From: Octopus vulgaris
Taxonomy: Eukaryota
DNA length: 64,000 nucleotides
Direction of reading: 5' to 3'
NCBI GenBank assembly: GCA_951406725.2
Contig: OX597815.1
Span: forward strand, 147,250,001-147,314,000
Under the pieces are notes generated by a model. The model saw only the letters and a program-made list of their open reading frames with translations, had not been told where the DNA came from and ran no database searches. Position 1 is the first letter of the stretch. Each line of letters opens with the position of its first letter. This document shows, piece by piece, positions 24,571-37,623 of the stretch. The position numbers were made by a program, and so were the translations under genes.

Positions 24571-26609
24571 AGTCGTTGAAATATTTCTCTGAGACACAGA
24601 AGGGAAAACTGCTCTAAGGCGTGTTACTAAACACGCTGCCATTCTTGAAAGTAATTAAAAAATAAACACTTGACTGATGGTACGAGGTGGCTCACTGATA
24701 TGATAGAGTCTTTGGTGCACAGAAGTTGCAGTCACTTTCACTATAATAACATTTACAATACGTCCATATCGACAAATAGAAGTAAAAGCACAAATATGTT
24801 TTCTATGAGAGAAATGTTATCTGCAACCAGTTAGTGTTAGGCATTCTTGACTCTCATGAGGTGTCATTTTAGAAGAACATTAGCAACATGAAACCCGACG
24901 GTTTCGGAATCCCTAATTAGCTCATGGGCCATAACCCCTCCTTGAAACTATACAAGTAAAATAATAAAAATAATAATTACCCACATATCTAAGTAACAAT
25001 ATATTTCATATTCCTTTTTTTAAATATTTCATTGAATAACACTTCATTTATTTAGTTAATTTAATGAAAATAGTTTTAATAACCGTAAAACTTATCTTTA
25101 TTTACATCATTATTTTAATGTCATGCGTTTTCATACATATTTAACCATTGCCTGCTTTAATGTTAAATAATTGATCAGATAATAAAAACAAACGATATAT
25201 AGCATCATGAACATTAAAAGTATGAGATTTAACACTTCTCTTTTATTGTTTATTATGAATATTAGTTCACTTAAAAAAAAATAACTGGAAAATGTATACG
25301 TCTTCACCGTTTATTAGTTTCTTCTTCTTCGTAATTAAATTACATTTTTATTCTTACTCATATACATTAAAATTACATTTGTATTTCAATAATAAATTAA
25401 ATTAATTTAAATAGTTTTTCTAATGCTGAACATTTAACCAATTTTTTTTTCTAACTCTTTAACTGAAAGTTTAGTGGGTTAATATTTGTTTACGCTTATA
25501 TATGCGTGTGTATACACAGACATACAGGAGTGTACGATCACACATACGCATACAAATATATAGCCATGAATTAATTCATGTTTCAAATTTACTGATTCTT
25601 CCTCATCAGAGCATTTCAACAGCTAAAGCAAAGAACATTAATGCATTGATATTAAACTCTACCAACACGCTGCAAAGTTTTTCTTCCACTCATATTTTGT
25701 ATAATTCATTATAAGTTATCGTTACAGTTGGGTTTATGATTCGGGGTCATAGTTTTTCTCCCTATAGTTATTTTCTATTCAATTATTAATTCCTCTTAAT
25801 TTATAATAATTATTTTCTGAAAATTTGTAGGTTTGTAATGAACTTATTTGAGAAGTATCCATTGATTATACACAGGTGGAAATATAACATTTTCATAAAA
25901 TTTCAGAATTGCTTCCAGCTTTTCAATAATCAAGTTTTGAATTTATTTCATACATTACGTTCATTACATCAATTATATTTATTTAATTTCATATCTAATT
26001 AATTTCTATATACGCATTTAGGAATTATATGTGCACACGCACGCCCAGGTATTAGAAATATATATTTATGCGTATATGTGTGCGTGTGTATTAATGCAAA
26101 TGTATATATATATATATATATATAAGTTCATCAAAATTTAGATTCAGATGAATATGGCACTTAAGTTAAAGTCACCAAAATTGTGTATGCTATTATCCAT
26201 ATAAATCAAATGGGGTGATTATAATCAAAATAAGCAACAAGGATATCCAAGGTAGAGTAGTACAATTGTTTCATGCTACTTCATTTCATTAAACCCTGTA
26301 AGTATTACATCAGTTTTAAAATGTCGAGCAATCTTCAGCCACATATAGACATTTTCAATTAAACGGGCGATGCACATACCTATACTTATCTCATTTGACA
26401 ACCATACAAAGATGGTAGATAAATAGACAGAGAGGATAATTTCATCATTAAGAACATGATGGTAGTATGTTCATTCTTCGAGACTGAACTGTGATAATGC
26501 AATTCGTCCAATGTCAAAGTTCCTACATGCACCACAAATGCGCGTCTCAGCTGATATCCACAATCCTGAGTACAACGTCAAGTCTCGGATTGCATTCTAT
26601 TTCTCCAAT

Positions 26610-26823
26610 GGTGGCGAGCTGGCAGAAATGTTAGCACGCCAGGCGAAATATTTAGCGATGTTTCGGCTGTCGTTATGTTCTGAGTTCGAATTCCGCGGAG
26701 CTCGACTTTGCCTTTCATCCTTTCGGGGTCGATAAATTAAGTACCAGTTGCCTACTGGAGTCGATCTGTTCGACTGGCCCTCTCCCCAATAATTTCGGGC
26801 TTTGTTCCTAGGGTAGAAAAGAA
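26610..26823 (+). mobile_element. tRNA-derived SINE, family 2, full length
   Basis: ggtggcgagctggcagaaatgttagc..gagttcgaattcc (B-box)..gcctttcatcctttcggggtcgataaattaagtaccag..gtagaaaagaa. Confidence 0.9.
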
Positions 26824-29569
26824 ATCTGCTTCCTCAGTGTTATCCTTTTATGTTGTCACTGGTTCACTGAGCTGGGTGTTTTATGGAACCAAACACTGGT
26901 GCTAAACGTGTATAAGAGAACTTCGAAATCTATAGGTCTCCAACATTTATATTCATATATGTTTTTTCTGATGGTGCACGTGTAAGTGTTGTGTCTCTGC
27001 ATGTGTTTATTTATAAGTTTATTGGCAGACGGTAGCTGTTCGATATTTGAGTAGATGGAAGTTATCTACAATTTTCCTACTTTATTATTTTATAGAATTA
27101 TTACTCCACTGGTGTGGTATCCAATACTCTTCATACAATTCTTTTAGAAGCGATAATTGAAATTGAATTTTGTGTCAAAGGAAGAATGAGTCAATTATCG
27201 ATCTTATCACTGTAAATTGCATTTTAAATATTGCCGATAATAGGACAATGGGTTTAGACTTATTGGCTATAATGTTATTCGTAAAAGTATTAAAAAGTAT
27301 ATGTGGTCTTGCATGTTATTGGTGCACTCTAATAAGGAATGTCTAATTAAATGAAGACAGCAGGTAAAATTTAATCTCTTGCATGCTATTTCGTTTTATA
27401 AGCAGCGCCAAGCATACAAAAGTCGCGCTTTTACAAGTGTAATTTGCTTCTTTGTTAGAAGTGTCTTTACCTCGTGTATGTTTGTGAATTAAGCAATCAT
27501 GCAACGAAATACATGGCACTTCGATAAATTTTATAGAAATTTCCCGTTTCTGATGAGAATACAATGAAGGAATAAATAAACTGAAATATATTGCAGTAAA
27601 GTAGTAATGCAATTTCTGCTTTGAAAGTTCGCACCTGTAGGATGTGTATGGAAAGGAAGAGTGAGTGAAAATCTATGAATAAAATGAAATGTTTGAAAGG
27701 ATTCAAATTTGAAACAAAACTTACTTGTTCTCACAGCAATATATTTTTCTTAATGCATTATAATTTGAAATTAATATATGAGGTTTCAATCGATGAAACA
27801 CGTGCAGGAATTATAAGATACATTCAACGCGCTGTATGTAAATATCTTAGTGCACAAGCTGTTTATAGTAAGTTCTCACGCATCCTTGTTTGCTTTCACT
27901 CATTTCAGTTCATATCTCATGTATCAGGTGCAGATTTTGCACTTGAATACAGGTAAATTTCTCTCAAAGAATTGGTATGTTTGTGATCTTTGCTTCTAAT
28001 TCTCGATTTGTACGGATTTTAAAATGCTAATTATTTAGGAAAACTCGTAAAAGTTACAAATTACAGGGACTAAAACGCCTTACTACTTTGTTGCTATTAC
28101 GCATGCCAGTTTTTTTCTAAAATAATTACCGGTATTTAATTCTAAACTGATACATCATCTTGTGTAGACGGGGTTGATAAAATTCACTGTTGATCTCATC
28201 GGGATTTGAGCTTAGATCTTAAAGAACCAAAAGAAAAACCAAGAAGTATTTTTGTACTATAGCTCTTAGAGTTGTTGACAACGTACAGCCGCTAGTACTA
28301 TATTAATTGATTTGAAGCATGTATTAATTTTCAGCATCGAAGAATTGCCGGAGATGTCGAAACCCCAGCATATCATTAGTAAATTTGACTGAGAATCATT
28401 AGCTCGGTGTGCGGTGTACTCTTCGTAACGAGTCTGGATTTCTAAAATGTACACACAGGCACAGATTTGGTGTAATGTATAGTTCAGTAAATCGAATCCG
28501 TGAAACACAGGTGTGAATTTAACCTAACTGTACCCCTCCCTTCAAACTTTTTTGACCTTTTGTCAAAATTCGAAAGAATTATTTCTAATTTTGAGTGAGG
28601 TTTCTAGCAAGTTTATAATATATAAACTCTGGATTGTTGTTTATATATTCGTCTGGAATTGTTTTTATTATATAAAAAACAAACAATAAAAAAACCTGAA
28701 TTACTAATTATTATTGATGTAACTGCTGTTCGATTCTTTTTTATGTCTCCAAATTTTTCTTGTATTCATGCAGGTGTTTATTTTACGAGAGTGTCTCCAT
28801 AGCGTTTCTACTGAACAACATACACATACATACATACATACATACATACATACATACATACATACATACATACATACATACGAATATGTACGTATGCATG
28901 TATATATGTATGCATGCATGTATGTGTGTATTTTTCATATATATATTAGCTTCCGATAGAATTATTTTATCGATTAGGAGACATTACAGTTTCTGATTGC
29001 TTGGGCAATAATTTCCAGATCAGTGGCTTTAGTCTGCCAGTCATTAGAAACTTCAGTGTCACACTGTATGGCTTTCATAGTTATGTATGTCTTTCACTTA
29101 AACAATTTGCGCTATTGTGTATGTGTGTGTGTGAGCGCGTGTGTATATATACCAACTTTTGTGTTAGAATATGCCACAATACTATCATAATGCCATAGTG
29201 TGTAAAATCCCTAACACATTGAATAAGAGACATATACACCCATATAAATATATTAATATATATTTTACATGTGAAATCATGTGCAACCATTGATCTTCAA
29301 TTTTTTCCTCCTTCCGTTTTTTTTCCTTTCTCCATCTGTATTTTCTTTTCATTTTATTCTTCAGAAAAGTGTAGGCTCGAAACATCAAAGATCCTTCCGT
29401 TTTCTTGAGCGTCAAACTAATACACCTTGTTTGTTACTCGCCCGCCTACGTCTCTCACTTATTTGGATTTTGTACAATTTCTAACCACACACACACACAC
29501 ACACACACATACGAACACATACATATGCATAAGCAAATATATATATATATATATATTCAAAATGCAACT

Positions 29570-29768
29570 ATATATGGACCGTTAGCAATGGTTTCCATCC
29601 ATTTTCCTATTCTCTTGGACTTTCCTCTGTCTCAGGTTTCTGAAAAAGGGCTTTGCTCGAAACGTAAAGTTATCCTTCTTTCTTTCCCTGAGCTAGAGCT
29701 AATACTTTGCATGTACCACGTCCTTACGTTGTTGTTTTATCCTGCTGATTTTTCTTCGATCTTTTTAT

Positions 29769-29772
<4 letters not shown>
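29570..29772 (+). mobile_element. Short non-coding element in (TA)n with hammerhead-like motif (29636-29670); related decayed copy at ~29280-29485
   Basis: tttCTGAAAA-a-gggc-ttt-gctc-GAAAcgTA-aag, followed by the family body (ctgagc..ctaatac..). Confidence 0.55.
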
Positions 29773-29822
<50 letters not shown>

Positions 29823-29843
29823 GTGTGTGTGCGTGTGTGTGTG

Positions 29844-29879
<36 letters not shown>

Positions 29880-31952
29880 CAAACAGAAACGGGCCCCTTA
29901 CAAAGAAAAAAAACACTCATCAGGCGCATCAAAAGACTCAACAAAAAATCAACCAATTAAAATATTCCCACACACAACATCTATATTCAACAATAATGAA
30001 AAGGCTTGAGCTGGATAAACTTCATCTGCACACCGACATGAAAACCTCCATTGAAAATCAAAGAGCTGTGGAGGAACAGTGGGTAATCAAAAACATCAAA
30101 CAGAACGCAAAAGTGTTCTATTCTTATGCAAATAATCATAGAACCACTGTCTCACCCATTGGGCCATTGATTGAGGATAATGGCATTCCCCAACACGATG
30201 CTAAAGAAATGGCAGAAATACTGCAGAAACAATACTGCTCTGTCTTCAGTGTTCCCACTGATATTGACGTAAGAGAAGCGAAAGAAGTTGACTCCCAACA
30301 TAAAATCTCAGACATAACCTTCACTGCCACTGATATCATAGCAGCAATACATGAGGTCAAATACTACTCTGCTGTAGGACCTGATAGATTCCCCGCTAGT
30401 CTCCTGAAGGAATGTAGACACCAACTTGCAGTCCCTCTAACCAACCTCTGGAGAATTCGTTAGACGCAGGTTATATACCGAAACAGTTTCTATCCCAATC
30501 AGTCATTCCGGTTTTCAAACAGGGAAACAGATCCCTCGCACTCAAATATCGCCCAATCTCACTCACCTCCCACATCATTAAAGTGTTTGAAAGAATGTTA
30601 AGATCAAGGATAGATGACTTCCTGGAGACCCACAAACGCCTAAATGCAAATCAGCATGGCTTTCGCTGTGGAAGGGACTGTCTAACACAGCTCTTACACC
30701 ACATTGAAGATGTACTCAAAGCCTTGGGAACAGGTTCGAACTCTGATGTCATATATTTTAACTTCAGTAAAGCGTTCGACAGGGTAGACCATAATATCCT
30801 ACTCTCAAAATTGGCAAATGTTGGAATCCGTGGAAAAGTTCTACACTGGATTAAGTATTTCCTGGCGAATGGAACACAACATGTTGTAGTTGATGGAGTC
30901 CATTCAAGCCCAGCAAAAGTCACCAGCGGTGTCCCCCAGGGGACTTTTCTTGGGGCCGCTACTCTTCATAATTTACATAAACGACCTTTCCAGTGTCGTA
31001 CATTACTGCAAAGTGAAAATATTTGCTGATGACACTAAGCTCTAGCAAATCGTCAATGAAGAAGCAGACCGAACTCAACTCCAGTCTGATCAGAAACAAA
31101 ATGCAACTGAATGAGGGAAAATTTGAGCTGATGCATTTTGGAAGAAATTCCTCACTAACACAGCCATACTCTCTTCCTTCAGGGGAACCGCTCACAGCCT
31201 CTAACAATATCAGAGACCTGGGTGTAATTGTTGATGACGATCTCATTTGGAGTGCACACATCAACAAGAAGTTCGATATAGCTCGTAGGATGAGTTCCTG
31301 GATCTTAAGAACGTTCCGGTCCAGAGAACAAGGTCTCATCATACCACTTTTCTCCTCTTTTGTACGGCCACACCTCGAATACTGCTGCCCACTGTAGTAT
31401 CCCCATACAAGACAAAACATCACGAGGATTGAATCACCCCAGACGAATTGAAGGCATGACTGCTCTCAATTACTGGGATCGCCTTAAAGCCTTGAAACTC
31501 TACTCTCTCCAGCGTCGCCGTGAGCGGTACATCATTTGTACGATGTGGAGAATATACCGCCAACTTTGCCTAAACGACCTGAACATTAGCTTCAAGGTTC
31601 ATCCAAGACTTGGACCACGGGCCATACGTCCCCTGCCCAATTCAAGATCACATAATACATGTACACTACAACATAATTTCTTTTCCTCAACAGGCCCTGC
31701 CCTATTTAACATTGTCCCGAAAGAGATCAAAGAGGAAAAGGATCCCATCAACTTTAAACGGAGTTTGAATAGATTCCTTCAAAGAATACAAGATAAGCCA
31801 CCCATAATTGGATACAACTCACCGAACAATAACTCACTAGTTGAATGGACCATAAACAAAACTTGACTTAAACAAGATTCAAATAATCCTATCAGGTGGT
31901 GCTATTAAGTTAGATATGGCCTGGACCAATCTTTGGTCGAAACATATCTAAG
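29880..31952 (+). mobile_element. 5'-truncated, frameshifted CR1-type LINE (RT domain and 3' end)
   Basis: AVGPDRFP, YRPISLTS, QHGFR.GR, FSKAFDRVDH, SGVPQG, IFADDTKL, PHLEYCCPL and LYSLQRRRERY across ORFs 29405-30463, 30583-31029, 31023-31397 and 31360-31866. A 3' stem-loop lies at 31912-31949. Confidence 0.92.
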
Positions 31953-31964
31953 TTTATATAAGTA

Positions 31965-32172
31965 TATATGTCGCCATGATAGAGTGTTAGCCACTACACA
32001 CATTTTTTTCTCTCCTTGTTTCTCTCCTTGTTTTTTTCTGTGTCCCTTTCTGTAGAAGAGCGTAAGCTCGAAACGTAAAAGACTGTTTCTATTCCTGAGC
32101 GTTCTACTAATACATCTGTTTGCTTTGTACACCACCTGTCTTCGTCTTTTATTATTTTCGTGAACTCTCCCT
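31965..32172 (+). mobile_element. Short non-coding element with hammerhead-like motif (32046-32081)
   Basis: cttt-CTGTAGA-a-gagc-gtaa-gctc-GAAAcgTA-aaag. The body is homologous to 45025-45220 and 49981-50125(-), and it ends in a TA-rich tract. Confidence 0.7.
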
Positions 32173-32227
32173 ATATTTATATATATATATGTATATATAT
32201 ATATACATATATATAAATATATATAAG

Positions 32228-32259
<32 letters not shown>

Positions 32260-32297
32260 GATATGTATATATATATGTATATATATATGTATATATG

Positions 32298-32328
<31 letters not shown>

Positions 32329-32365
32329 GTATGTATATATGTGTACATGGGTATATATGTATGTG

Positions 32366-32418
<53 letters not shown>

Positions 32419-33094
32419 GTGCGTATAATGAATGAGGAAAACGGAAAATGGATGAATAAATATTCTCGTGTACTCCATTTCCCGTTTCGCACATTCATTA
32501 AAAACGCAACGAATACTGCGTAATTCCCGAGGAAGATCCAATGACAATTATATCAAAGCGATGGATGATCTCAGGTAGCTTAAATAGTGGAAGTGCTTTA
32601 ATCGGTATACTACTAATCGTATACCAAAAATCCAAATAATTATATAAATACACATATACATGTGTTCGTATGTGTGAGTGTTAGAGTGTGCGTGCTTGCG
32701 ATTGTGAGTGTGGTTAGAAATATTCCAAGAGAGATAAAAAATAATCAGGAACTAAACCAAAAGTACAGGTGGGATAAGACCAATAACACGCCGGATACAC
32801 TGGCCTAGGTAGGGAATCAAATTCGGTGCAGAACCCGAGTAATGATATGAGTAATTATGCATCTTTCCAGCAGCATATTATTGAGTTACCAATAATATGG
32901 CAGTCGGTTTGCTGGATGGAACCTAAAAGAACTGTAACATCGAATGAAAAGGAAACTATGATGGTTCTCCTGTAGGACATTTTTGCTCAGCCGCTTAGAC
33001 TACTGCTCCCAACCATGGTCACCACACAGTATAAAATTGACGGCAAAACTCGAAGTAATCCCGCAAAGCTACACAAAAATAGTCTCAATCTGAT

Positions 33095-33472
33095 ATGTCA
33101 GCTACTGAGAGAGTCTCACTAATTTAAGACTTTACACGAGTCTTAGAATAAGGGCGAGAAAGATATGCTGTTATATGCATCTGGAAAACCCCAGAAGACC
33201 ATGTACCAAACATTGGCATTATAAATTACACGAACAGCTTCAAAACTAAATGGGGTTTATTTAGGCGTATCCAAAACAATATAGATTCTAATCTTCCCAA
33301 GATTTGCGGATAAACCTACCTCATGGTAATAAATGAAGATAAGGGCAGCAAAATCAAACTCTTTCATTCACAACTGCTTCATATCAGGGGAGGTTTCAAG
33401 TAGTGAAACTGTAGAAAGTTAACAGCGTTGCTCCTGCATGGCCGCTGCTCTCGAGCTGAAACTAGTAAAGAA
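33095..33472 (+). mobile_element. Decayed CR1-type 3' fragment plus tail
   Basis: gcgagaaagatatgctgttatatgcatctggaaa (RERYAVICIWK)..VPNIGI, then gcgttgctcctgcatggccgctgctctcgagctgaaactagtaaag. Confidence 0.5.
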
Positions 33473-34031
33473 AAATATAGTATACATTTGTCTGTACAAA
33501 CAAAGTTTACCTCTGTTCATATGATACTACAAAATTAGCAATAATGAAATTGCTTGTTTCTTCTAAGATCACAGGTTTTGTTGCTCGTTGAATTTTCGGT
33601 AATTTCTAGTTGTGAAGTTTTACTCATACGACCGCCAAAAGTGATAGAATAAATAGAGCTTTCAACTCATCTTATTTCATGATTCTCTTGCCATTACAGT
33701 TATTTTTACTCCCGTTAACCACTTTGACATTAGTTGCTGCCAATTGGATTTTTCACAGAATGTTTTTCAGTATACGTGATGGATATACAAAACCATTGGA
33801 ACAAGCGAAACATCCTTTTACTACTGGCGTAATGTTTTGACACAATTTAATCACCATCACCACCACCATCACCACCACAACCAATCATCATAAACATCAT
33901 AATCATCATTCATGTGCATCTGTGCACTGTGTAGTTTGTTCACCACTATAGTTTGTTCACCACTGGAACATGGAAATAAGCTTTATACTTACCCATACAC
34001 GTACACATACATACACTCATACATACATTCG

Positions 34032-34094
<63 letters not shown>

Positions 34095-34125
34095 GCATAT
34101 ATATGTGTGTATATATATATATGTA

Positions 34126-34187
<62 letters not shown>

Positions 34188-34600
34188 AATGCATCAGGCT
34201 CTTGGACTACATACACAATGTATTTTCTCTTGGTATATTAACGCTAAAGGGAATCCATGTTTGTATGGAGTATTTTATGTTTGTATTTCTTTGAGTTTCC
34301 CTGAGGCAGAACGAAAGCTTTTTCGGATTTTAGCATTTAACTGAAGCTATTAATGGTATTGAACCTATCCTCTTTCTGGAAATTTGTGAGATTTCTAGAC
34401 TTACTTCTATTCCGTTGTAATTTATTTACGAATTTGTTTTGGAAAATATTGACGTATACATGTATAAAAACATCCATTAGAAAACATTCCGTATTTCTCT
34501 CTGGATAAGTAAGTTACTATCTCTCCAAAATGTTTTAACCAATTTGTAAGGATTTACTGCTTTCAATACGAACTCTCTCTTACTAACTCTCAGTACTGTA

Positions 34601-34773
<173 letters not shown>

Positions 34774-35259
34774 CCTGTGGAAATTCCAGGATATTAGCCT
34801 TTTTCAGCACATACTTTCACTTCTGCTAGGTGAATGAGCCTACTCTCATAATATAGAGAAGGATTTAAGCCTAGGAAGAAAGAAATACACACATACACAC
34901 ACCAAAAAAACAATGATGGTGGTGTCCAAGCATGGCCACAATGTTTGGTCTGGAATGCATAAAATTTAGAATCACTACAGTCGCAGCTATTTACAAACAA
35001 AGACAATTTAACTTTATTTTTCTGTCTATCTTTCAATGCATACAATTATAGATATTCATGACACTCTTTCATTACGATAAACATTTAGTTTGTACCTGTA
35101 ATTTGAATACGCAATTTCAAAATAATTTTGACATTCCCCCTCTTTCTGTCTCCGTCTCTAGTGTTTTCTCTTTCTATTTTTGAATAATGCCATAATTTTC
35201 ATTTCTCTCTTTCACTACTCCTCTTTCCTCCCTTTATCACTCTGCCTCTCACTCTATCA

Positions 35260-35440
35260 ATATAGGACCAGTTATCTCTACACGTTTTTTTTTCATTCTC
35301 TATTTATTTCCTCTAGCCATGAGCGTTGGCTCGAAACGTAAGACATGTTTCCATTTTTCCCGAGCGTCAAACACTAATACACTTGCTAGTTGTTCCTACA
35401 CCTGTCTTCGTCTTTGTTTTTCTAAAAATTTGAACAGTAT
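35260..35440 (+). mobile_element. Diverged copy of the hammerhead-like short element
   Basis: gagcgttggctcgaaacgtaaga..cccgagcgtcaaacactaatac..cacctgtcttcgtctttg, ending at (TA)n. Confidence 0.6.
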
Positions 35441-35637
35441 ATATATATATATATCGGGTTCCAAATTTTTCTTTTCTGAGATACATTTTGAAGAAGCATT
35501 CGTTGAACATCTCATAGTCCTTGATAACCATATTTAGCTGCTGTCGATTAGAAGGCATTTATTATTAATATTATTAATATTATTATAATTATTATTATTA
35601 TCATTATTATTATTATTATTATTAATAATAATATTAT

Positions 35638-35722
<85 letters not shown>

Positions 35723-35723
<1 letters not shown>

Positions 35724-36078
35724 TTATTGTTATTTTGGTCTTGTTTCTTTTAATTTTGTTCCTATTTGTTGCTGAGTGTCTTCCTGACACTTAGTGCAAG
35801 GCAATTCACTGTATGCATAAGTAGGTCATGACAATATACACAGCATATTACCAGTTTAGAAAGTCAAGGTATGTCATAGAAGACAAAAAATATAAAATGG
35901 AGAAAGTAAAAGAAAAAGGGATAAAAATGAAATAACAAAGAAAAAGCAAACAGAATAAAATAGGTATAACGTACTAGTTAAAACTATCTTTTGCACTTCT
36001 TGGATGGTAAGCCAAGGATCATTACAAGTGCGCCTGTAATCACTGGTATTATAAGTAACTGGTGTTAGATCCCACATT
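35723..36078 (-). mobile_element. R4/Dong 3' fragment
   Basis: The minus strand gives MWDLTP..IQEVQKIVLTST. Its 3' end (taagtgtcaggaagacactcagc..) resembles 8450-8510 and runs into a TAG/TAA tract. Confidence 0.55.
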
Positions 36079-36279
36079 TTGTTTCTATTTCAATGCGAAA
36101 ATCTTTATTTTTTCTGAGCTTGACATATTCTTTTGTCAAAATGTTATGATCTAAAGTTATGCTCATGTCGAGCACATGACCTATCCTTTTGAATTCAAGA
36201 ATAGGATTCTCTCGAACCAGTTAATTTTAATTATTTTTCGAACATATAATAAATATACCTATTTTTAATTGGTTACTTT

Positions 36280-36477
36280 AGGCGGTGGACTAGCAGAAAT
36301 AATTGCTTAGCAGCATTTATTCCGGCTTAAGTTCTTATTTAAATACCAATAGGGTCAAATTTGCATTTCCTGCTTTCGGGGTTGATAAAATACTATCACT
36401 TGTGTGCTGGGATTGATTTAATCGTTTTCAATCCTCCCTCACAATTGCTGACATTGTGCCAAAATATCTAACCATTA
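36280..36477 (+). mobile_element. Old family-2 SINE
   Basis: aggcggtggactagcagaaa..ctttcggggttgataaaatact..ttgtgccaaaat. Confidence 0.6.
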
Positions 36478-37009
36478 TAAATTGGTTAGTTAGTTAAATA
36501 TACCACTAATAACAATTAAAAGAATTTAATCCGGACCAGTTCATGTTCATAAGAATATGTTTTGCTGCATTCGTTGCGGTTGTTAATGCTCTAATATGAA
36601 TTCCTACCAAGATCACCTTTACATTTTGTTTCAAATGAAATATAGTAACAGTCAGATATGTGGATCGATATTATCAATTAACTCCATTTTCAATAAATTT
36701 TAAGTGTTGTTCCTAAATTAGAAACTCTTGTTAAGGCCCTAATGACTGTAAATCAGATGGAGCTGTGATCTTCAGATAAATGCTATTTAATTGCATCTCT
36801 TCGTGTGATAACGTTTGCACAAACTTATAGATCAGAAATTCGCTTTTCTTCCTCCTATGTTTGACAATGCAGATAACAGTTCTTGTTTCCCAAAATATAT
36901 AGCAATGAATTTAACGTATCGAATAGTATATGAGACAAAAGCGCAGTTGATTGTAGTTTAACTCACATGTAAACAGAATCTGCGTGGGAATATGTGTATA
37001 TACATAAAT

Positions 37010-37109
<100 letters not shown>

Positions 37110-37214
37110 ATATAGACATATACATATATACATACATTTGTAAATATGTATGTATAGGTATCTATATGTATATGTGTGTATATATGTATTTACATTGTAA
37201 TTTATATCTATGCG

Positions 37215-37263
<49 letters not shown>

Positions 37264-37529
37264 ATATCTATAGTGTTTGTTCTAATGCTGAGTTATAAAA
37301 CAATTTAACATAAAGCTGAAGAATCACTTAATACTTTTTGCAGATTACATATTTAATATACTTTTACAAGATGAGCGGTGTCATTGACTTCGAAATTTTC
37401 TCTTGTTTACCTTTGTCGGTCATGTTAGTTGTAAAAATGAAATATTTCTCTCTCTCTTTCACTCTCTTTCCCTGTTTGTCTGTCTGTCACGTTCTTTCCC
37501 TGTCTGTCTGTCTGACACATACACACACA

Positions 37530-37623
<94 letters not shown>

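Noticed and set aside
26610-26700. tRNA gene
   Set aside because: A/B-box-like motifs are present, but there is no full cloverleaf and the sequence continues into a SINE body found many times in the window.
29405-30463. 352-aa ORF as a host gene
   Set aside because: The first half reads through microsatellites and a short repeat, and the second half is CR1 ORF2.
29570-32172. Hammerhead-bearing elements on both sides of the CR1 as LTRs of one composite element
   Set aside because: The two flanks are different subfamilies with low mutual identity, one is separated from the LINE by microsatellites, and there is no shared TSD. Independent insertions into a TA-rich hotspot explain it more simply.
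32866-32916. Hairpin catattattg/caataatatg as a miRNA or ribozyme
   Set aside because: It has only a 10-bp AT-rich stem with an irregular extension and no recognisable catalytic core or miRNA sequence.
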